A stretch of 64,000 nucleotides of DNA, from NCBI RefSeq assembly GCF_009914755.1, contig NC_060930.1, one strand, 5' to 3'. The translations under genes and the position numbers were made by a program. Every line of letters begins with the position of its first letter. Position 1 is the stretch's first letter. This DNA is from the human T2T-CHM13v2.0 reference genome, Homo sapiens. Positions 25,584 to 41,500 of the stretch are shown piece after piece. Under the pieces are notes generated by a model. That model was not told the origin of the DNA. It saw only the letters and a list, made by a program, of their open reading frames with translations, and made no database searches.

Positions 25584-27767
25584 TGTCACTGATATATGAC
25601 TTTGAGAATATGAACTGCTGTATAAATGTTAAATGTTCCCATCCTCATGAAAATCACATTTCACCTAAGAGCCGTGTCTGGTTTTGTTATTCATTATTCA
25701 TTTGCAGTCAGAATTTTTCATTTTCAATATTACAATTAATTTGAATATTATTAAGTGTTGTCACAACTGGCAGATTGTCAGCTTTCCTTGACCTCTTAAC
25801 ATGTATTCACTCTCATTTTAAATACTTCATTTTTATTCTTAATCTCCTTCAAAACAAACCAGAACCATTTACTCTGTCTCTAAAAATTCCATTTAACAAA
25901 ACAGATCTGCTTCTCTTTCCTCACTTCTTATGCTTTTATTTAACAGGAGTTATTTTCTGTCTTACACGCCCCCAACAGTGTCAGCCTGACTACCTCAAAG
26001 TCAACGCATGTAGGATTTGCATTAGGAAAAATGTACGTGTTTTGTCAACTTTACATCCCACACAGAAATCGTGGGCTTTAAGTTTAGAATATAATTTCAA
26101 ACCAATATGAGTGATATTTCACACTGGGAACAAATTAGAGTTGTGAACGACACTAGGGATATAAATCCATGCTGTCCTGGATGGTCAGTAAGTAGAATAG
26201 ATGGTTGGATATGAAGAATAATGTAGAAAGCGCCCTTGTCCCAAAATGTGTCACCCAGTAGAGAAGCCTGTTGTATACAAATCAAAGAGTCTGTCCTGTA
26301 ATTTAAAAATTAAATTTGAAAGCTATTTTCAATCAAAACGGGAATAACATTTGGAATACAAAATTAAGTTAGCAACTGTATGGCATATCCTGCCATACAA
26401 GCCCTGGTTTTCAGGCTTGTGCCCTTTACAGATATTGTTTATTTATTGTAGCATCCTCTCTCAAGAGTCTGGATACTGTCTTGAAACCCTGTCCAACATC
26501 ACAGTCCATGCAGCCACTACAGCTTACCTGTTGGTTCTTATGATGAATCGCAGTGCCATGAGCTTGAAAAGGGAGTCAGAGGGACTGATTGAGAAGGTTG
26601 AGATCTCACTGAAGGGACAAACAGGGGCATAGCCAATGCCAAACCTCACAAACCTCTAAATTAGGGTAGGGGCTGCTGTGTCTTTACGTACATACGTGCT
26701 CAGCATTATAATCTGCAGAGACAATTCTGACAATTCACTATATCATTCCAACTATAAAAATCAGCAGTTATTTCAGCTGGTTCAAATTAGAAAGATCTAT
26801 AATTTTGTTTTTGCTTTGGAAATGTTGTGGACTACAGACACGTTTGATTTAGTCACTGATTGCATTTACATTCCACTAGATTAATCTAGCAGCATCCTAT
26901 TTTTTTTAACAGAAAGCTTAAAAGCAAAGGAAATTAAAAGAAAAAATAAAATATTCTTATCAAAAAATTATTAAGTTTCTACCTACTCACAGGTGGCACT
27001 TATTTCAAAGTATGATTAGTTTACAGATGTTTAGAATATGCACATTTACAGTTTTAAGGATATTAGAAATAGTTAAAGCTAATGTTGGCATTTTACAGGG
27101 GAAAGAATTAACACTTGGAAAGGTGTTAATTTACCCACATGTATATAAATTATTAAAGAGCCTAAACTAGAATCTCAGCCCAGTGATCTTTACATTACTC
27201 CTTGCTGGGTTTCTTACCCCCTTATCCAGCCTTTCTGGATTTGAACAAGAATCCCATTTATCATAAATATAAATCCCCTTTGGTCTACTCTGAATCCTAA
27301 AAAGAGGTGGGTGGTCTTACATATCATTGAAATAAAGGATGTGAATAATATCACCAGTTCTTTCTCCATTTTTCAGCTCTGTTTCTATCTATATATTTGC
27401 TCCATTCACATTTTTTAAAGACATTTTCCATGTGATGGGGCAAGTTATGGGCATGACTACAGATAGCCCCAGGTTCATTCAGATCAATAAAGATTATTAT
27501 CTCAGAAGAAAGAGATGATTATCTTTTCCAAATCTCTGTATGTAAAAATTATAAAAATGGGCCCTTAGTGATGGTCTGGCTTAAAATATATGTACATTTC
27601 CTGATCAATATCTTGACCAGGAGAATGGAACACTTTGATAGGCCCAAGCTAACCAAATCTTATGGCCCGTGGGCTCAGTGCAATGATTGGCAGCCTCTCA
27701 GAAGTGTCCAGGATAGGGGTATGAGGGAAGAGCAGCGGCCCAAGGAGGAGATGTTATTGCCAGAAGA

Positions 27768-28490
<723 letters not shown>

Positions 28491-28961
28491 TACTAAGCCA
28501 ACAAAACAGATGTTCCCTCTTTATTGCATATATGAGAAAACACACACATACAATCGTGTGTACATTTTTCAGTCATATATATGTGAAATGTCCCATCCTT
28601 CCAATACAACTATCCCACATACAAGTAGGACGCATTTAACCTCCTCACCAAAGGGCTGAAACACAAAGTCATATCAGTTAATTCATCTCTGGATAATGGA
28701 CAAAGCTCTTGATCTGGTCTAGATGTTTTTATTTTTATAACCCTGAACCTAGAGTTAAATGATACATTTAATCAATCTATAGTCATTTAATATACAATGG
28801 TGGAGAGAATAATCTCTTTAAAAATGAAGAAAAAAAGTAACATGTAGTTATCCCTGGTTCAGAATGTCATACATACTTTGAAAAGAAGCAAGAACTAATT
28901 GTTTTCACTTTCCTCAAAAACTACACATGAAAGATGCCACAGTACCATCTTAAAACCATAG

Positions 28962-29321
28962 TGTATTAGTTTGTTCTCACATTGCTAATAAAAGCATATC
29001 TGAGACTGAGTAATTTATAAAGAAAAAGAGGTTTCATAGACTCACTGTTTTACATGGCTGGGGAGACCTCGCAATCATAGTGGAAGGCAAAGGAGGAGCA
29101 AAGGCACATCTTACATGGTGGCAGGCAAGGCAGCATGTGCAGGAGAACTGCCCTTTATGAAACCATCAGAGCTCATGAGACTTATTCACTATTACAAGTA
29201 CAGCACAGAAAACTGCACACATGATTTAATTACCTCCCACTGGCTCCCTCCCATGACATGCAGATTATGTGAGTTAAAATTCAAGATGAGATTTGGGTGG
29301 GGACATGGCCAAACCATGTCA
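28962..29321 (-). mobile_element. THE1-type MaLR solo LTR
   Basis: tgtattagtttgttctcac...ccaaaccatgtca; exact 5-bp TSD CATAG (28957-28961 / 29322-29326). Confidence 0.92.
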
Positions 29322-29746
29322 CATAGTCTGTCCTCCACAAAAGTCTCATCATTTTTGTGTTCTCTTTCCCATTACACTTTCATCAAGGACTGACCATTCC
29401 TTGAGGATACCTTTTCTCATGCAGTCTGTCAAGCAAGCAATATTTTATCTTGTACCTTAACACCTAGAGATATTTTGTGGGGTCTGTCTTACTTCTCATT
29501 ATCTTTTTAGAAAGGTTTCTCCCTCTTCTTCAAAATTCATGTATTTACTATACATACTCCATCTTGTCACTGCCATCTATGTCCCAGCAAACCCTCTCAT
29601 TCATTGGAAATGTTAGCACCCATCAATGTCTCCTCCATTTCTGTTTTCATCAGACAGTCAAGTAAGTGCTATACAGAGCCATATTGGAGCTTGAGGCAAA
29701 ATAAAAATGTGCTGCTCTATGTACCTATAAAAACATCTTCCCATAT

Positions 29747-30078
29747 TGTTTTAGTCTATCCAGGCTGCTATAACAAAATGCTATAGAGTAGGTAGCTTAT
29801 AAACAACAGAAATTTATTTCTCCTAGTTCTGGAGCAAGTGTGAGAAGTCCAAGATCCCTCTTTCCTGGTTCATAGGTAATCTTGTCTCACTATGTCTTCA
29901 CATGGTGGAAGGGGCAAGACAGCTTTCTGGAGCAGCTTTTATAAGGCACTAATCCTATTCTGAAGGATTCTGCCATGTTATGACGCAATCACCTCCCAAA
30001 GGTCCTCAATATCACCTTGGAGGGGTCAGGATTTCAACACATGAACTTGGGCAAGGCACAAACATTCAGACCATAGCA
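29747..30078 (-). mobile_element. MLT1A-like MaLR solo LTR
   Basis: tgttttagtctatccaggctgctataacaaaat...cacaaacattcagaccatagca. Confidence 0.8.
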
Positions 30079-31159
30079 TGTATTTTGAACCAAGTAGAAA
30101 AGTTAATAAAAGTTCACAATCAAAACACATGACTACAGAGAGCCCTCCCATTGCCTAATCTGTTTGCACATTGTTGCTCATTCCCATAAATTACTCAGTA
30201 GGGACACAGGTCCACAAGGGCCTAGGTATTGTCAGCTCTTTGGAAATGGCTGTGTATACTGATACATAAAAACAGTGTTTGAGTACATACTATATGCCTA
30301 GAACTGTGCTTTTTTACCAGTTATCCATTTAATTACCAATAACTTTTTACCAATTATCTCATTTAGTCCTAGATGTTTTCATCATGTCTCTCTAAACTTC
30401 TTTAGATCAACAGCTTTGTCTATTTTGTTCACACAGCCACATTGTATCTCTATAACTAGCATAGTTCCATGACCTTGGTATGAGTTATAATAGTAACAAT
30501 ACAAATATTTAAATAGAACTGAAATTGAACTTGGAGAAAAACCTTCAGATGACATCTCTTTTCCAATATTTGCCTGAACCCTTTAAGACTGGATAGTTTT
30601 GGATGGTTTTGTGTTTGTAAAAAGGCTTTCCTAATTAAGTTAGAGTTTTTCTGTTAAACAAACAAGGCCTCAAGAAATTGGATTCAGTTTCAGTGGCTTT
30701 AAACTGTGTAGATATTTTTGCTTATCTGGCATAATGGGTTTATATAGGAAAAGTAATTCCACTTCTAGTAATGCCAGATGAGGTAATTTGCACCAATTCT
30801 CCCACCAAAGACAAGAAAATCTTGGATAACCAGGAAAACATATATTTTAACACCTGTATTTTAGAACTAGTGAAACAATGATTAATTGGCAGTAATCCAG
30901 TGACAAAGGAAGCCCAAGTTATGAGCTTGTCTTCCTGTGGGGTTCTTTCTTATTTCAGAAGGAACAGATGAAAGTTGAGACAATGAGTGGTACTTTTGAC
31001 AGTGTTCATGCATGAGAACAAGGATTTGGAGTACAGGTCCTCACAAAAGAGAATGGAACTTCTGAACTTCTCTCACTGAAAGGCTAGGAGTAAAGTTGTA
31101 CCCTAGGAGTAAAGTTGAATCAAAAACAGACAGGCTCCAGAGATATAGAAACAATCTAA

Positions 31160-31783
31160 GCACCCCTTAATAGATTAATGAATGGATAAAGAAATTTGTG
31201 GTGTGTTGTGTGTGTATGTGTGTGTGATTTGTTATACATTACATAAATATAAAATGAAATATTATTCATCCCTAAAAAGAAGGAGAGCCTGCCATTTGCT
31301 ACAACATGGATGAACTTAGAAGACATTATGTTAAGTAAAATAAGCCAGATGAATGAAGAAAGAAAATAATGCATAGTCTCACTTTCAAGTGTAATCTTAA
31401 AAAAAAAAATACATACTGAATACAGAGAAATAGTAAAACAGCAGTAATGCAGAGGGTAGGAAGGGATGCGTAGTTGTAGGTCCAAGGGTATAAAACTGCA
31501 CTTTTATAGGATACATAAGTCTGGAGTTCTAATGTACAATATGAGAACTGCAATTAATAATATTGTATAATATACTGATAATTTGCTAGGAGATGTTAGG
31601 TAGTCTTAGCACAAGAAAAAAAAGAAAGCTAATTATATGAGATGATGGGTATGTTAATTTACTTGACTTTAATAATCACTATGTATACCAAGCTAAGTAC
31701 ATGAAAATACCATGTTGTACACCTTAAAAATATATATACAATAAAAAGTTACCAAACCAAAAAAAAGAAAAAAGAAAAGAAAA
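31160..31783 (+). mobile_element. L1MA-type 3' end nested in the older L1
   Basis: aatgaatggataaagaaa...ccatttgctacaacatggatgaac...catgttgtacaccttaaa plus A-rich tail. Confidence 0.85.
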
Positions 31784-33926
31784 TAGGGTCCTACAAGGAT
31801 GGCAGCTCAAACTCACGTAATATTTAATCCAGAAATTGTATTAGGATAATTTCGAAAAGCTGTTTCCCTAAGATACCTGGCCAAAGCAATAATAATAATA
31901 AAATATAAATCCTCTCTGGAGGAAGATAATATTCTATGCCAGAGTTTATTTTTACCAAATGCTTGCAAATACTGTTCAAAGACACAGTTTAAAAATACTC
32001 AGGCAATAGAGACGCAAGATAGCATGAACACACAGAAGCAGAAATAACAGTGGAAGAAGTCTCTAAAAGCCTCTGATATTGGAGATATCAAATATTGATT
32101 TTAAAATAATTATACTTAACTGTGTTCAAGGAGATAAAAGACAAGAGGGAGAATTTTGAGGGAGAATTTTTAAAACTACAGAATTAAAGGGAATCCTAGA
32201 ACTGAAAAAGTCAATAACTCAAATAAAGGATTCATTGGATAGTTTTAATAGCAGATTAGGCTCTGCCATAGATAAGTAACTATATATATCTCCAGACTAA
32301 AGCTGAGAGAATCAGCTGGAAAATACAGATGATGGGATGCAAGACAAAGCTGATCGAGAGAATGTGTATTAGATATAAAATTGGAGACAGGTGATATTTT
32401 AAAATATAATGACTAATAACTTTCTAACACTGAAGAAGGTCATCAAGTAAGTTACAGATTCATGAAGTATGAGAAACTGTACAGAATGAATACAAAAAAA
32501 CTTCTCACAGACATATCAGTAAAACCACTGAACACCAAGGACAAAAAAAAAAATGTAAATACTGCAAGAGAAAACAAGAAAAGTTATCTTAGAAGGAGCA
32601 TCAGTTAGATTTAAAACTGACTTTTAAGCAGGAAAATGTAAGCCAGACAAAAATAAAATTACTTCTTTAGAATGCTGAAAGAAAACTGATAACTTAGAAT
32701 TCTATTCCCAACTATGAATATCTTTAAAAAATGCAGGTAAAATTAAGACCTTTTCAGGAATATAAAATGTGAAGACTTAATCATGAGCCTGCCTATAATG
32801 AAAAAAAATTCTAAAAGTCACTGTTTAATTGCATATAAAGAGAACACTTTGAAAAAGAATTAAGAAGCAACAAAAAAGGTAAACATTTGAGAATATCTCA
32901 GTGATACTGATCATATAAAACAGTAACAGTGATGCCTTGTGGCCTTCAAAATATAGAACATAATTAAATTACATAAAACAATGACATAGTTAAAGTGTTC
33001 CAAGTTCCTTGAGTTGTTCAGGATCAGGGTGAAAATAACAATTAGTATGAGACTTTGGTAAGTGAAGAATGAAGTTTTCTCTGGCGAACAGTACAAGAAT
33101 CTTAAGACTGCATATCATCCAAGCTAATAGGAGATGAAAAGAAATATTTAAAAACTCAATCTAAAAGAAGGCCAGATGGGAGAGAAAACCCAAAACAGGA
33201 AGGACAAATAGAAATGGCTGAGTAAGATGGCGAAGCTAAAAGATATTGGTAATTACATTAAATTAAATTACATTAAACATAAAAATAACTAAATACTCTG
33301 TTTCAAAGATAAAAACAGAATTAAAAATACAAAACTCAACTATATACTCTTTATAAAGCCCTCATCTGAAATATGATACAGAAATATGAAAAGTTAACAG
33401 ATGAAGAAGTTATACTTTGTACTATTAACCAAATAAGGCAGATGTGACTATGTTAATATCAAAGACAGCTCTGAGGCAGAAAGCATGGCTAAAAATAAAA
33501 AAGGGCACTTCATAGTGGAAAAAAGTTAAAATGAACCCGGAAGCTACAATATTAAATTTGTATGCACCTAATAACATAGTTTGAAGAATATAAAGCCACA
33601 ATCTAAACAACTTTATGGGAAAAATAGGTAAACCCACACATCTCTCACTAGCTGATCAAATAAAAGGACAAAATAGAATCAGAAAGATACAGCAATATAA
33701 AATATTTGAACACCATAAACACCATAATTGGATATGTACCCTACAGTCTACTCAAAGCTACAGAAGAAACATTCTTTTTAAAATGAGACATAATATTAAA
33801 AATTGATTATATGCGAAACTATATATAAAACAAATCTCAAAATATTTCAGAGTACTAAAACAATACAGAATATATTATCTGGTCACTAAACAGTTAAGTT
33901 AGCAACAGCAAAAGATAACTAGAAAT

Positions 33927-34355
33927 CAATACAGTTTACGTATATGACCACACCAAGTCTCATGTTGAATTGTTATCCCCAGTATTGGAAGTGGGGCCTG
34001 GTGGGAGGTGATGAGATCATAGGGGTGGATTTCCCTTGAATGGCTGAGTACCATCCCCTTGGTGCTGTGTTCATGATACTGAGTGAGTTCTCATGAGATC
34101 TGGTCATTTAAAATTGTGTGGCAAACCCCACCCCCAACTTTTTCTCTCTTGCTCCTGCTTTCACCTTGTGATGTGCCTGCTTCCACTTCACCTTCCGCCA
34201 TGAGTAAAAGCCTCCCGAGGTCTCCCCAGAAACCAAGCAGACACTAGTACCACATTTGTATAGCCTACAGGATCATGAGCCAATTAAACCTCTTTTCTTT
34301 ATAAATTACCCAGTCTCAGGTACTTCTTATAACAATGCAAGAACAAACTAGTACA
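33927..34355 (+). mobile_element. MSTA/MSTB-type MaLR solo LTR
   Basis: ctcatgttgaattgttatcccc...gtggggcctggtgggaggtga...aattaaacctcttttctttataaattacccagtctcagg...ctagtaca. Confidence 0.88.
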
Positions 34356-36117
34356 CAAAACTTTAGAAAAATATAAATTATAAAAGCTAACAAAAGAAGA
34401 TCTAGAAACTATAGATATCTGGAAAAAATAAATTTAAATCCATAATTTTAAATTTTCTCAAAGAAAAAACTCCAGACCCAGATACCTTCACTTGTAAATC
34501 CTACTAAATATTTAAGAAAAAATGAATGCAAGTTTTAACACAAAATCTTCTAGAGACTAGATAACAAATCATTACTCTAAAATATGTTTTAACAGTTCAT
34601 AATAACCTCAATAAAAAACTAGAAATAATAATCACAAGAAAAAAATTGCAAGTCAGCCAGCCTCTTTATACGTATAGATGCAGAAGTCCTAAGCAAAAAA
34701 AAAAAAAATAGAAAACTACCCCAGAATATATAATAAGATGCTGCATCCATGTCTAATTTGGGTTTACCCCAGGCATATGTTTGGCTTAACATTAGAAAAT
34801 CATTAATATAATTTATCATATTAACCAAATAAGGGAGAAAACTCATATGACCATCTCAACAAATGTACAAAAATTTTTTGATATAAGAAAATATTATTTG
34901 ATGTATGTATGCATGTTTAAAAACATTAAGGACCTTTCTTAATCTGACAAATGGCCCTTACACCAATGTTATAGCAAAGAACTCATCTGATTATTAAATG
35001 TCAAAAGCTTTCCTTGTGAACCTGGGAACATAACAGACTTTTCTAACCAACATGTCGTGAAGATGATGGTCTTATTGTAATAAGGAAATAATAATATGTC
35101 GAAAGATTTGAAAGGAAGAAATCCAAATGTCACAAATACAGTTGACATGATTATGTATATAGAAAATACAAAGTAATTTCCTGATACACTATTAAATTTA
35201 AAAAATTAGTTTAACAGGTAAAAGCTGATAAAACATTTTCAGAAAACCAGCACTAATACTAATTCCACTCTCAAGCACGTACCTAATATAAATGCAAGCA
35301 CATATACCACACGTGCCCGAGAGACTTATTCAAGAGTGGTCCTAGTAGTATTGCTAATAATAGCCAAACATTGAAAACAAATTCAAAATTAATCAATGGT
35401 AGAATGAATAAGTTGTGGTGTATTGATACACTGAATTACTATTCAGCAAGGAAATTAAATGAACTACAGCTATAACAACTTATGTAAATCTCACAACCTA
35501 ATTTTAAATAAAATAAAGAGACATAAAAGAATACATATTGTATGTGCATCTCTCTATTTGTATCATTTTTTTAAATAGACCAGGTAAGATAATATTTGAG
35601 AACACATACTTAGATAGACAGCAATCAAATAAGTCGTGGGAACAATTACCAGAAATGTTAGGATACAAGTCAACCTTTCAGAAGGAGAAATGGATCTTTA
35701 TTGGGAGGGTGCATGAGATGCTGGCAATGTTTCTTTCTTGATCTAGGTGGTGGTTACACGTGCATTTACTTGCTTTGTATTAAAACTTCAAGATGTATAC
35801 CTTTATTAAAATCTATTTTCTACATGCCCTATCTATTTTACAGTTGAAATGATCAGAACAAAAAAAAAACACTTTTTTGTTTTCAAATTTGACCAGGAAC
35901 ATCAAGAAAGCCAGTAATTGTAATAATATAGGAAATAGGGCAAGGATTAGTATGAAAGGAGCAGGACACTTACCTCTGGTGTAAAATGTAAGGGAGAGAC
36001 AAAAAACTCAGTAATCAGACAAAATAATATTTTAATGGAATATTTTAAAATATTACAATAAACAAAATTCAAAAGGATCAGTAACAAAGCACAAATATGA
36101 AGACAGGATTAATATAG

Positions 36118-36330
36118 ACCAGGCATGTTTTAAGTGATTTACATGTATTAATTGATTTAATCTTTGTGAGAACCCTATGAGGTAGGGTTCATTATTCCCC
36201 ATTTTGCTAATAAAGAACCTGTGGCACAAAGGAAAGCAGTTAGTGTCTCAAGGTCACCCAGCTGGTCCATGGCAAAGCCTCAGTGCAGACCCAAGCCATT
36301 GAATCCAGAGACCATGCTCTTACGCACGAC
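36118..36330 (-). mobile_element. MIR SINE
   Basis: aaccctatgaggtagg...ttattccccatttt...caaggtcacccagct. Confidence 0.75.
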
Positions 36331-38899
36331 AATCCACCTACCCATTTGCAAGAGTACCCAATGCAGTCAGGTCGTAACAGCCAGTAGTCTCCTTTAATAT
36401 TTCTCTCATTCTGTCCAAATCATATACTAATATTTGCAATAGATTATTGTGTTGGGAGGTGAGAAAAAATTGAAGGAAATCTTTATGAAGCCTCTCTTGT
36501 CTTGAGTAAGTCTGATTCCCATGGTGTGAGATATGGCAAGCAGCCAAGAGCATCTCTTAGAGTTCTCCAAGTCCTGCTGCCCTAGGACCCCTGTAAGAGT
36601 TGTTCAGAAAAGGTAATATTTGAAAAATATAGGTGAACAAAAAGTACAAATGTATAGCTATTAATTTGAAAACTATACCACAGTGTATTGGTGTATTTTA
36701 AAAGCAGCATAGAAAACTATGAAAAATTTGATGGCTTTTTTAATAAGGATGAGGGCCTGGGAAGAGAGTACGTAGCCTCAGTTTAACCTACCTTCGGATA
36801 TACCAAGTTATTAATCAAACAACATCATTAATCTCTTGTCTTCTGTTAAAATAAGCTCAGTTTAGGCCAGAAAAAAAAGTCAGAGAATCAGTTTGATAAA
36901 AATGCAAAAAGCAGCTTAAATTTCAAAGGTGGCTCAAAAATGAATGGCTCTTAATTTCCCCAAGGTGAAACAGTATGCTTGGAGAACACAGAAAGAAACA
37001 GGGGGGAAAATTAGGGAACTAAATAATTCCAATACATATTAATGAGAGGCGCTTTTCAGGCAGAGTTTTGTGTGTAGAAACGAAATAGAATTTGTGAGAA
37101 GGTAAATTTCAATAAACAGTTATTTATAGATATACGAAATGAGTTCAGCTGAATTTCAGTCCTTCTTAAACTATGAAAATGTCCATTTTCTTCAAACAAG
37201 TCGAACTTTTCAGAAACAGGGCTTGCTATAGGCTGCCGATATATCTCACTAGAAGGTGAAAAATCCCATTAAACAACCGCTTTTTAAAATCTTTCCTAAA
37301 TAGCTACCTTGATGGTTTCACAGAACTATATAACTCTTAGTGTATTTCCTGAATCTTAAAAACTGTCTTTAAGTTTTTCCCCTTCTTAATTTCTGTCTTT
37401 TTGTCAAACTGTGGCATAAAATATCACTTTTTAAAAATGAGAATTCTGTTTCAGGAAAGCTCTGTAGACAACGATTGTAACAGAACTGAGAAAGTGAAAC
37501 CAAAAAGTGGAAATACAACTCTAGTGCCCTGAGGAAGATGGTGAATGAGTTAAGGTAAGACCCAGAGTATCGATCACAGTAGGAAAACTTAGAACTAAAT
37601 GTTTTAAAGTGCCATTGTGAGAAAGTTACAGTTTTCCCTTCTAAGCTTCAATTAGCAACCTGTGAAGTAAATTTCTCTGAGGCTCATTTTGAAAATTTTA
37701 GAATGAAAACTAGTAGTAGACAAAATGTCAGGCCCAAAACTTTAGAATAATCTTTGTGATACTCAGTCGAGTCTCAAAGCCTTTCAATTCATCTCCTTCT
37801 CATTATTTTTTATAACAAAAGGAGTTATTTTTGACTGTTAGTGTTTCCATGCAACCATCTTTGACTGTTAATGTCAGAGATGGATCTGTCAGAGCTGTCA
37901 ATATTCTCTGTGTTTGGGATTTCAGCCTTTCATCTGAACATAAATGTAGAGCTCTTGTATTTTGCAGTTTTGTTTTTTAGTGAGCATGAATGCAAAAGAA
38001 ACTGAACTTAGAATGGCAGCTACAACTCTTCTGACAAAAAAAAAAAAAAAAAAAGATAATGCAAAAAGGACCAATTTTTAAAAAAGGGAAAATGTTTGGG
38101 GCATTAGAGGTTTTGTGACTCTTGCAATATGTTTCTCTTTTCTGAATTGTTGCTCATTACTGTCAATCACCACTCTATCCTAGAACTCTAGATCCTGTCA
38201 TTTGAATTTCCAAATGTAAATGAAAAAATACATGCCTTTTCAATCCAAGTGAACTTCTTCAAGTTTACTTTAATAAAGGGTTTGTTGTTGTTTGTATGTT
38301 TTCTGCATAAGGATCTGAGTAAACATAAGCAATACAGAGTTTTCGTCTAGTCAGTCAGGGTTAGAGGAATGAAAGCTCAAATGTTCCAAGAAGATCTGAT
38401 TATTTGTCCCAAATGTCAGAATATTGCAGTGAGCTGTGCACCACTCTTTCAGGGAAATGAATGATGGACACTGGGGAATATAAATTGACCCTATGAAGAG
38501 TTAATAATTGTGTAGAGAGAACATTAAAATTCTCCATTCTACCTCCATAAATTTTCCTTCCTTCAACAAACAGTAATTGAGTCCTACTCAGGTACTGTGC
38601 ACCTGGGGATGTAATAGTGAACAAGTTACAACCGTAGCTCTAAAAAGATTATGGACAAGTAAGGAGAACCAGACTAACACTGGGGAAACAAAGTGAGGTT
38701 TCCAATGCCACTACCCTTGTTTGCCCCTAGAAGACAGGGAGTCTATTAACATAATGATGCAGCAGAGTCCATTTTTGAAAGGCAACCAGAAATTGCAAGC
38801 TTTGTGTTTTAGCTATTTCATTTTTAAGGTTCTGAAAGACCCTGTGCATCACCCATGCATTGACTATATGGGAGATGTTTGTTTGTGAGAACACGTGAG

Positions 38900-39470
38900 T
38901 CCCCTCATCTCACCAAAACAAATGAACCAGTGATCAAACTAGATCACTGTCCTGTTCAAACTCTCCATGACTTCCCACTACAACCAGAATAATATCCAAT
39001 CTCCTGCTATGCCTATAAGGCCTTGCACGACATGGCCCTGAATACCTCTCTGATCTCCTTTTTATCTCTACAACTAATGCTGCTATGACAAGACCCTCGT
39101 TTCTGCCTGTGCCAAGCTTGATCTCAAGTCAAGACATTAGTATGTTCCTTTGGCTTGAAATTATCTACCTGCAGATGATTGCATGGCTGTCTTCTCACCA
39201 TTCAGGTCAATTCACAATTGCCAAAACAGTGACCTCTTCTTGCCCCTTTCTCCCCTTCAGCCCCTCAACTTAGTTAATCTGCCAGAGTTTCTTGTTTGAC
39301 TGTTTTTAGCATTTACCTGCAGTCTCAAATTATGTATGTGTTTGTGTGTTTACTGAATGTCTTATAATCCTGTAGGCCTTCCAACGTTTTCATCTCCCTA
39401 TTCCTAGAATCTAAAGTATTGCCTGGCATCATAATAGGTCCTCAAAAAAATATTTGCTGACTGATGCACT
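38900..39470 (+). mobile_element. L2 LINE 3' fragment
   Basis: gatcactgtcctgttcaaactctcca...ggccttgcacgacatggccc...gcctggca...aataggtcctcaaaaaaatatttgctga. Confidence 0.7.
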
Positions 39471-39827
39471 GACTTGTTTCAAAGATTTTCAGAAATATTC
39501 ATGGGAGAATGGGCAATAGAGTTTCGTGGGTACAAGATGTGGGCAAAAACAGAAAATGTGCATTACTGTCAATATGAAGTTAATTTGTATGTACAGACTA
39601 CAGAAACTATTCGTATAAGATATATGCATTTCAATATAAGTGCTATAAAGGAAATAAGTCAGAATTTGAGAGGGAAGAAATACCCAGGAAGTAGTGATAT
39701 TTGAGCAGAGAGCTCAAGGATAATAGGATATAGCTAGTTTCTAGAAGAATGGGAGATGAATGGATAAAGGTGTTCAAAAAATCAAAACCCAAAGAGGTTT
39801 AAACTCTACCAAAAAAAAAAAAAACTA

Positions 39828-40126
<299 letters not shown>

Positions 40127-40199
40127 AGGAGAGACTTTGAAAAGTGTGAAATGAAAGTAACACTAACATATTTGTATTATAGATAAATAAATAAGTTGA

Positions 40200-41500
40200 G
40201 ACTAAAACCAGGGAACTGAATTAGAGAGCTGCTAAAGAAATCCAGGAGAGAGAGGTGATGGTGTTCTTAAACTTGAGTAGATCCACAGGGGAAGAATGGA
40301 ATTGGATAAATAAAAAGACTGAGACATGATATAGACTCAACAAGACTTGGCTAATTAGTTGGGGGCATAAATAAAGGGTGTATTTTTTTATCTAATTTTC
40401 CTTATTAGGCATTTAGATGCATGGTGTCTCCAGTCAATGACATAGATGATTTTGGAGGAGATTTCAGGTTTCAGTGGACGAGATGATGTTCTTATTGAGC
40501 TTAAGTTATTAGAGGAGCAGCTAGGTGGAAATATCCAGGAGGCTGTTGGAAATACATGCCTAGGAGGATACATTTGTGCATCATCAGGATATAGATGACA
40601 AGTCATGGGAGTGAATGAGGTCAGGCAGTAATAGAACACAAAGGGAGAAGAAAATAAAACCTCAGCTGAAACCCTGTGAAACACCAATTTGTAACACATA
40701 AAAAGAAACCAGCTATCACATTTACTTAGAGCAGCCAGAAAGATAGGAGAAAAACTAAGTGTGAAAGCAACCAGAACAAACAAAAGAGAACATTTCAGTA
40801 AGAATAACAATTCAACAGTGTCAAGTACTAGGGGAAAAAAATCAAATTAGATTAGGTTTCCAACATGCCCATGAGATTTAGTGAAGTTTCTGATTACAAT
40901 CACAAGAAGCTTTTATTGCAGTGGTGGTGAAGGTGGGTTTCAGATTGCAGAAATCTAAACAGGAAATGGAAGGCGAGATATGGTCATAATGATTGGAGAT
41001 ACATTTTAAAGAAATGTAGCCACTGGTGGGAGAATAATGAAAGATTGGAGCAGAGAGGTGAGGAAATATTGAGGTTATGATTGAAAGTAATGGAGAATGC
41101 ATAAATGAAGACGGGAAAGAGCCAATAAGGAGGGTGGTCATGAAACTACAAGAAAAACAAGAGATAATTAATGAGCAAGATTGCTGAGGAAGTAGGAGGA
41201 ATGATTGTATAAGACTGAGATAGATAAATTATAAGAAGGGACACTTCTTCCCATGAGAGGATTATAATAGGAAGAATATATGTAGAACAAGTAAATTATA
41301 TATATGTGGAATAGGAGAGACAAATAACAAGGAAAATGCAGGGAGAATGACAGATGGTATTGATGATAAGAATTTTTCAAGGCACAGTAAGTCTGTGATT
41401 TCCTTCAGCAGTGCTCAACTGCTCAATTATAGAAATGAAAAGGTGGTAGTTATATTGGTCAAGATTTGGGGGGCTGTTGGGTATTCAAGTGAAAAAGTAA
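40200..41500 (-). mobile_element. Degraded L2 LINE
   Basis: ggtggaaatatccaggaggctgttgga...caacagtgtcaa...gcagtggtggtgaaggtggg antisense L2 pattern. Confidence 0.65.

Larger units (their letters stand above)
30750..35850 (+). mobile_element. Large, heavily degraded ancient L1M element (5' UTR/ORF1/ORF2/3' remnants) with nested insertions
   Basis: A-rich sense strand; ORF2-like remnants (ttaaatttgtatgcacctaataac, ccagacccagat...ttcac, catatgaccatctcaac); 3' UTR-like end near 35300-35830. Confidence 0.75.

Noticed and set aside
31084-31117. 15-bp direct repeat CTAGGAGTAAAGTTG (period 19); similar micro-duplications at 45455-45481 and about 55120-55165
   Set aside because: Ordinary slippage duplications with only two copies; no array structure.
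40388-40810. 140-aa hydrophobic ORF
   Set aside because: Lies in degraded L2 sequence; the hydrophobicity reflects T-richness.
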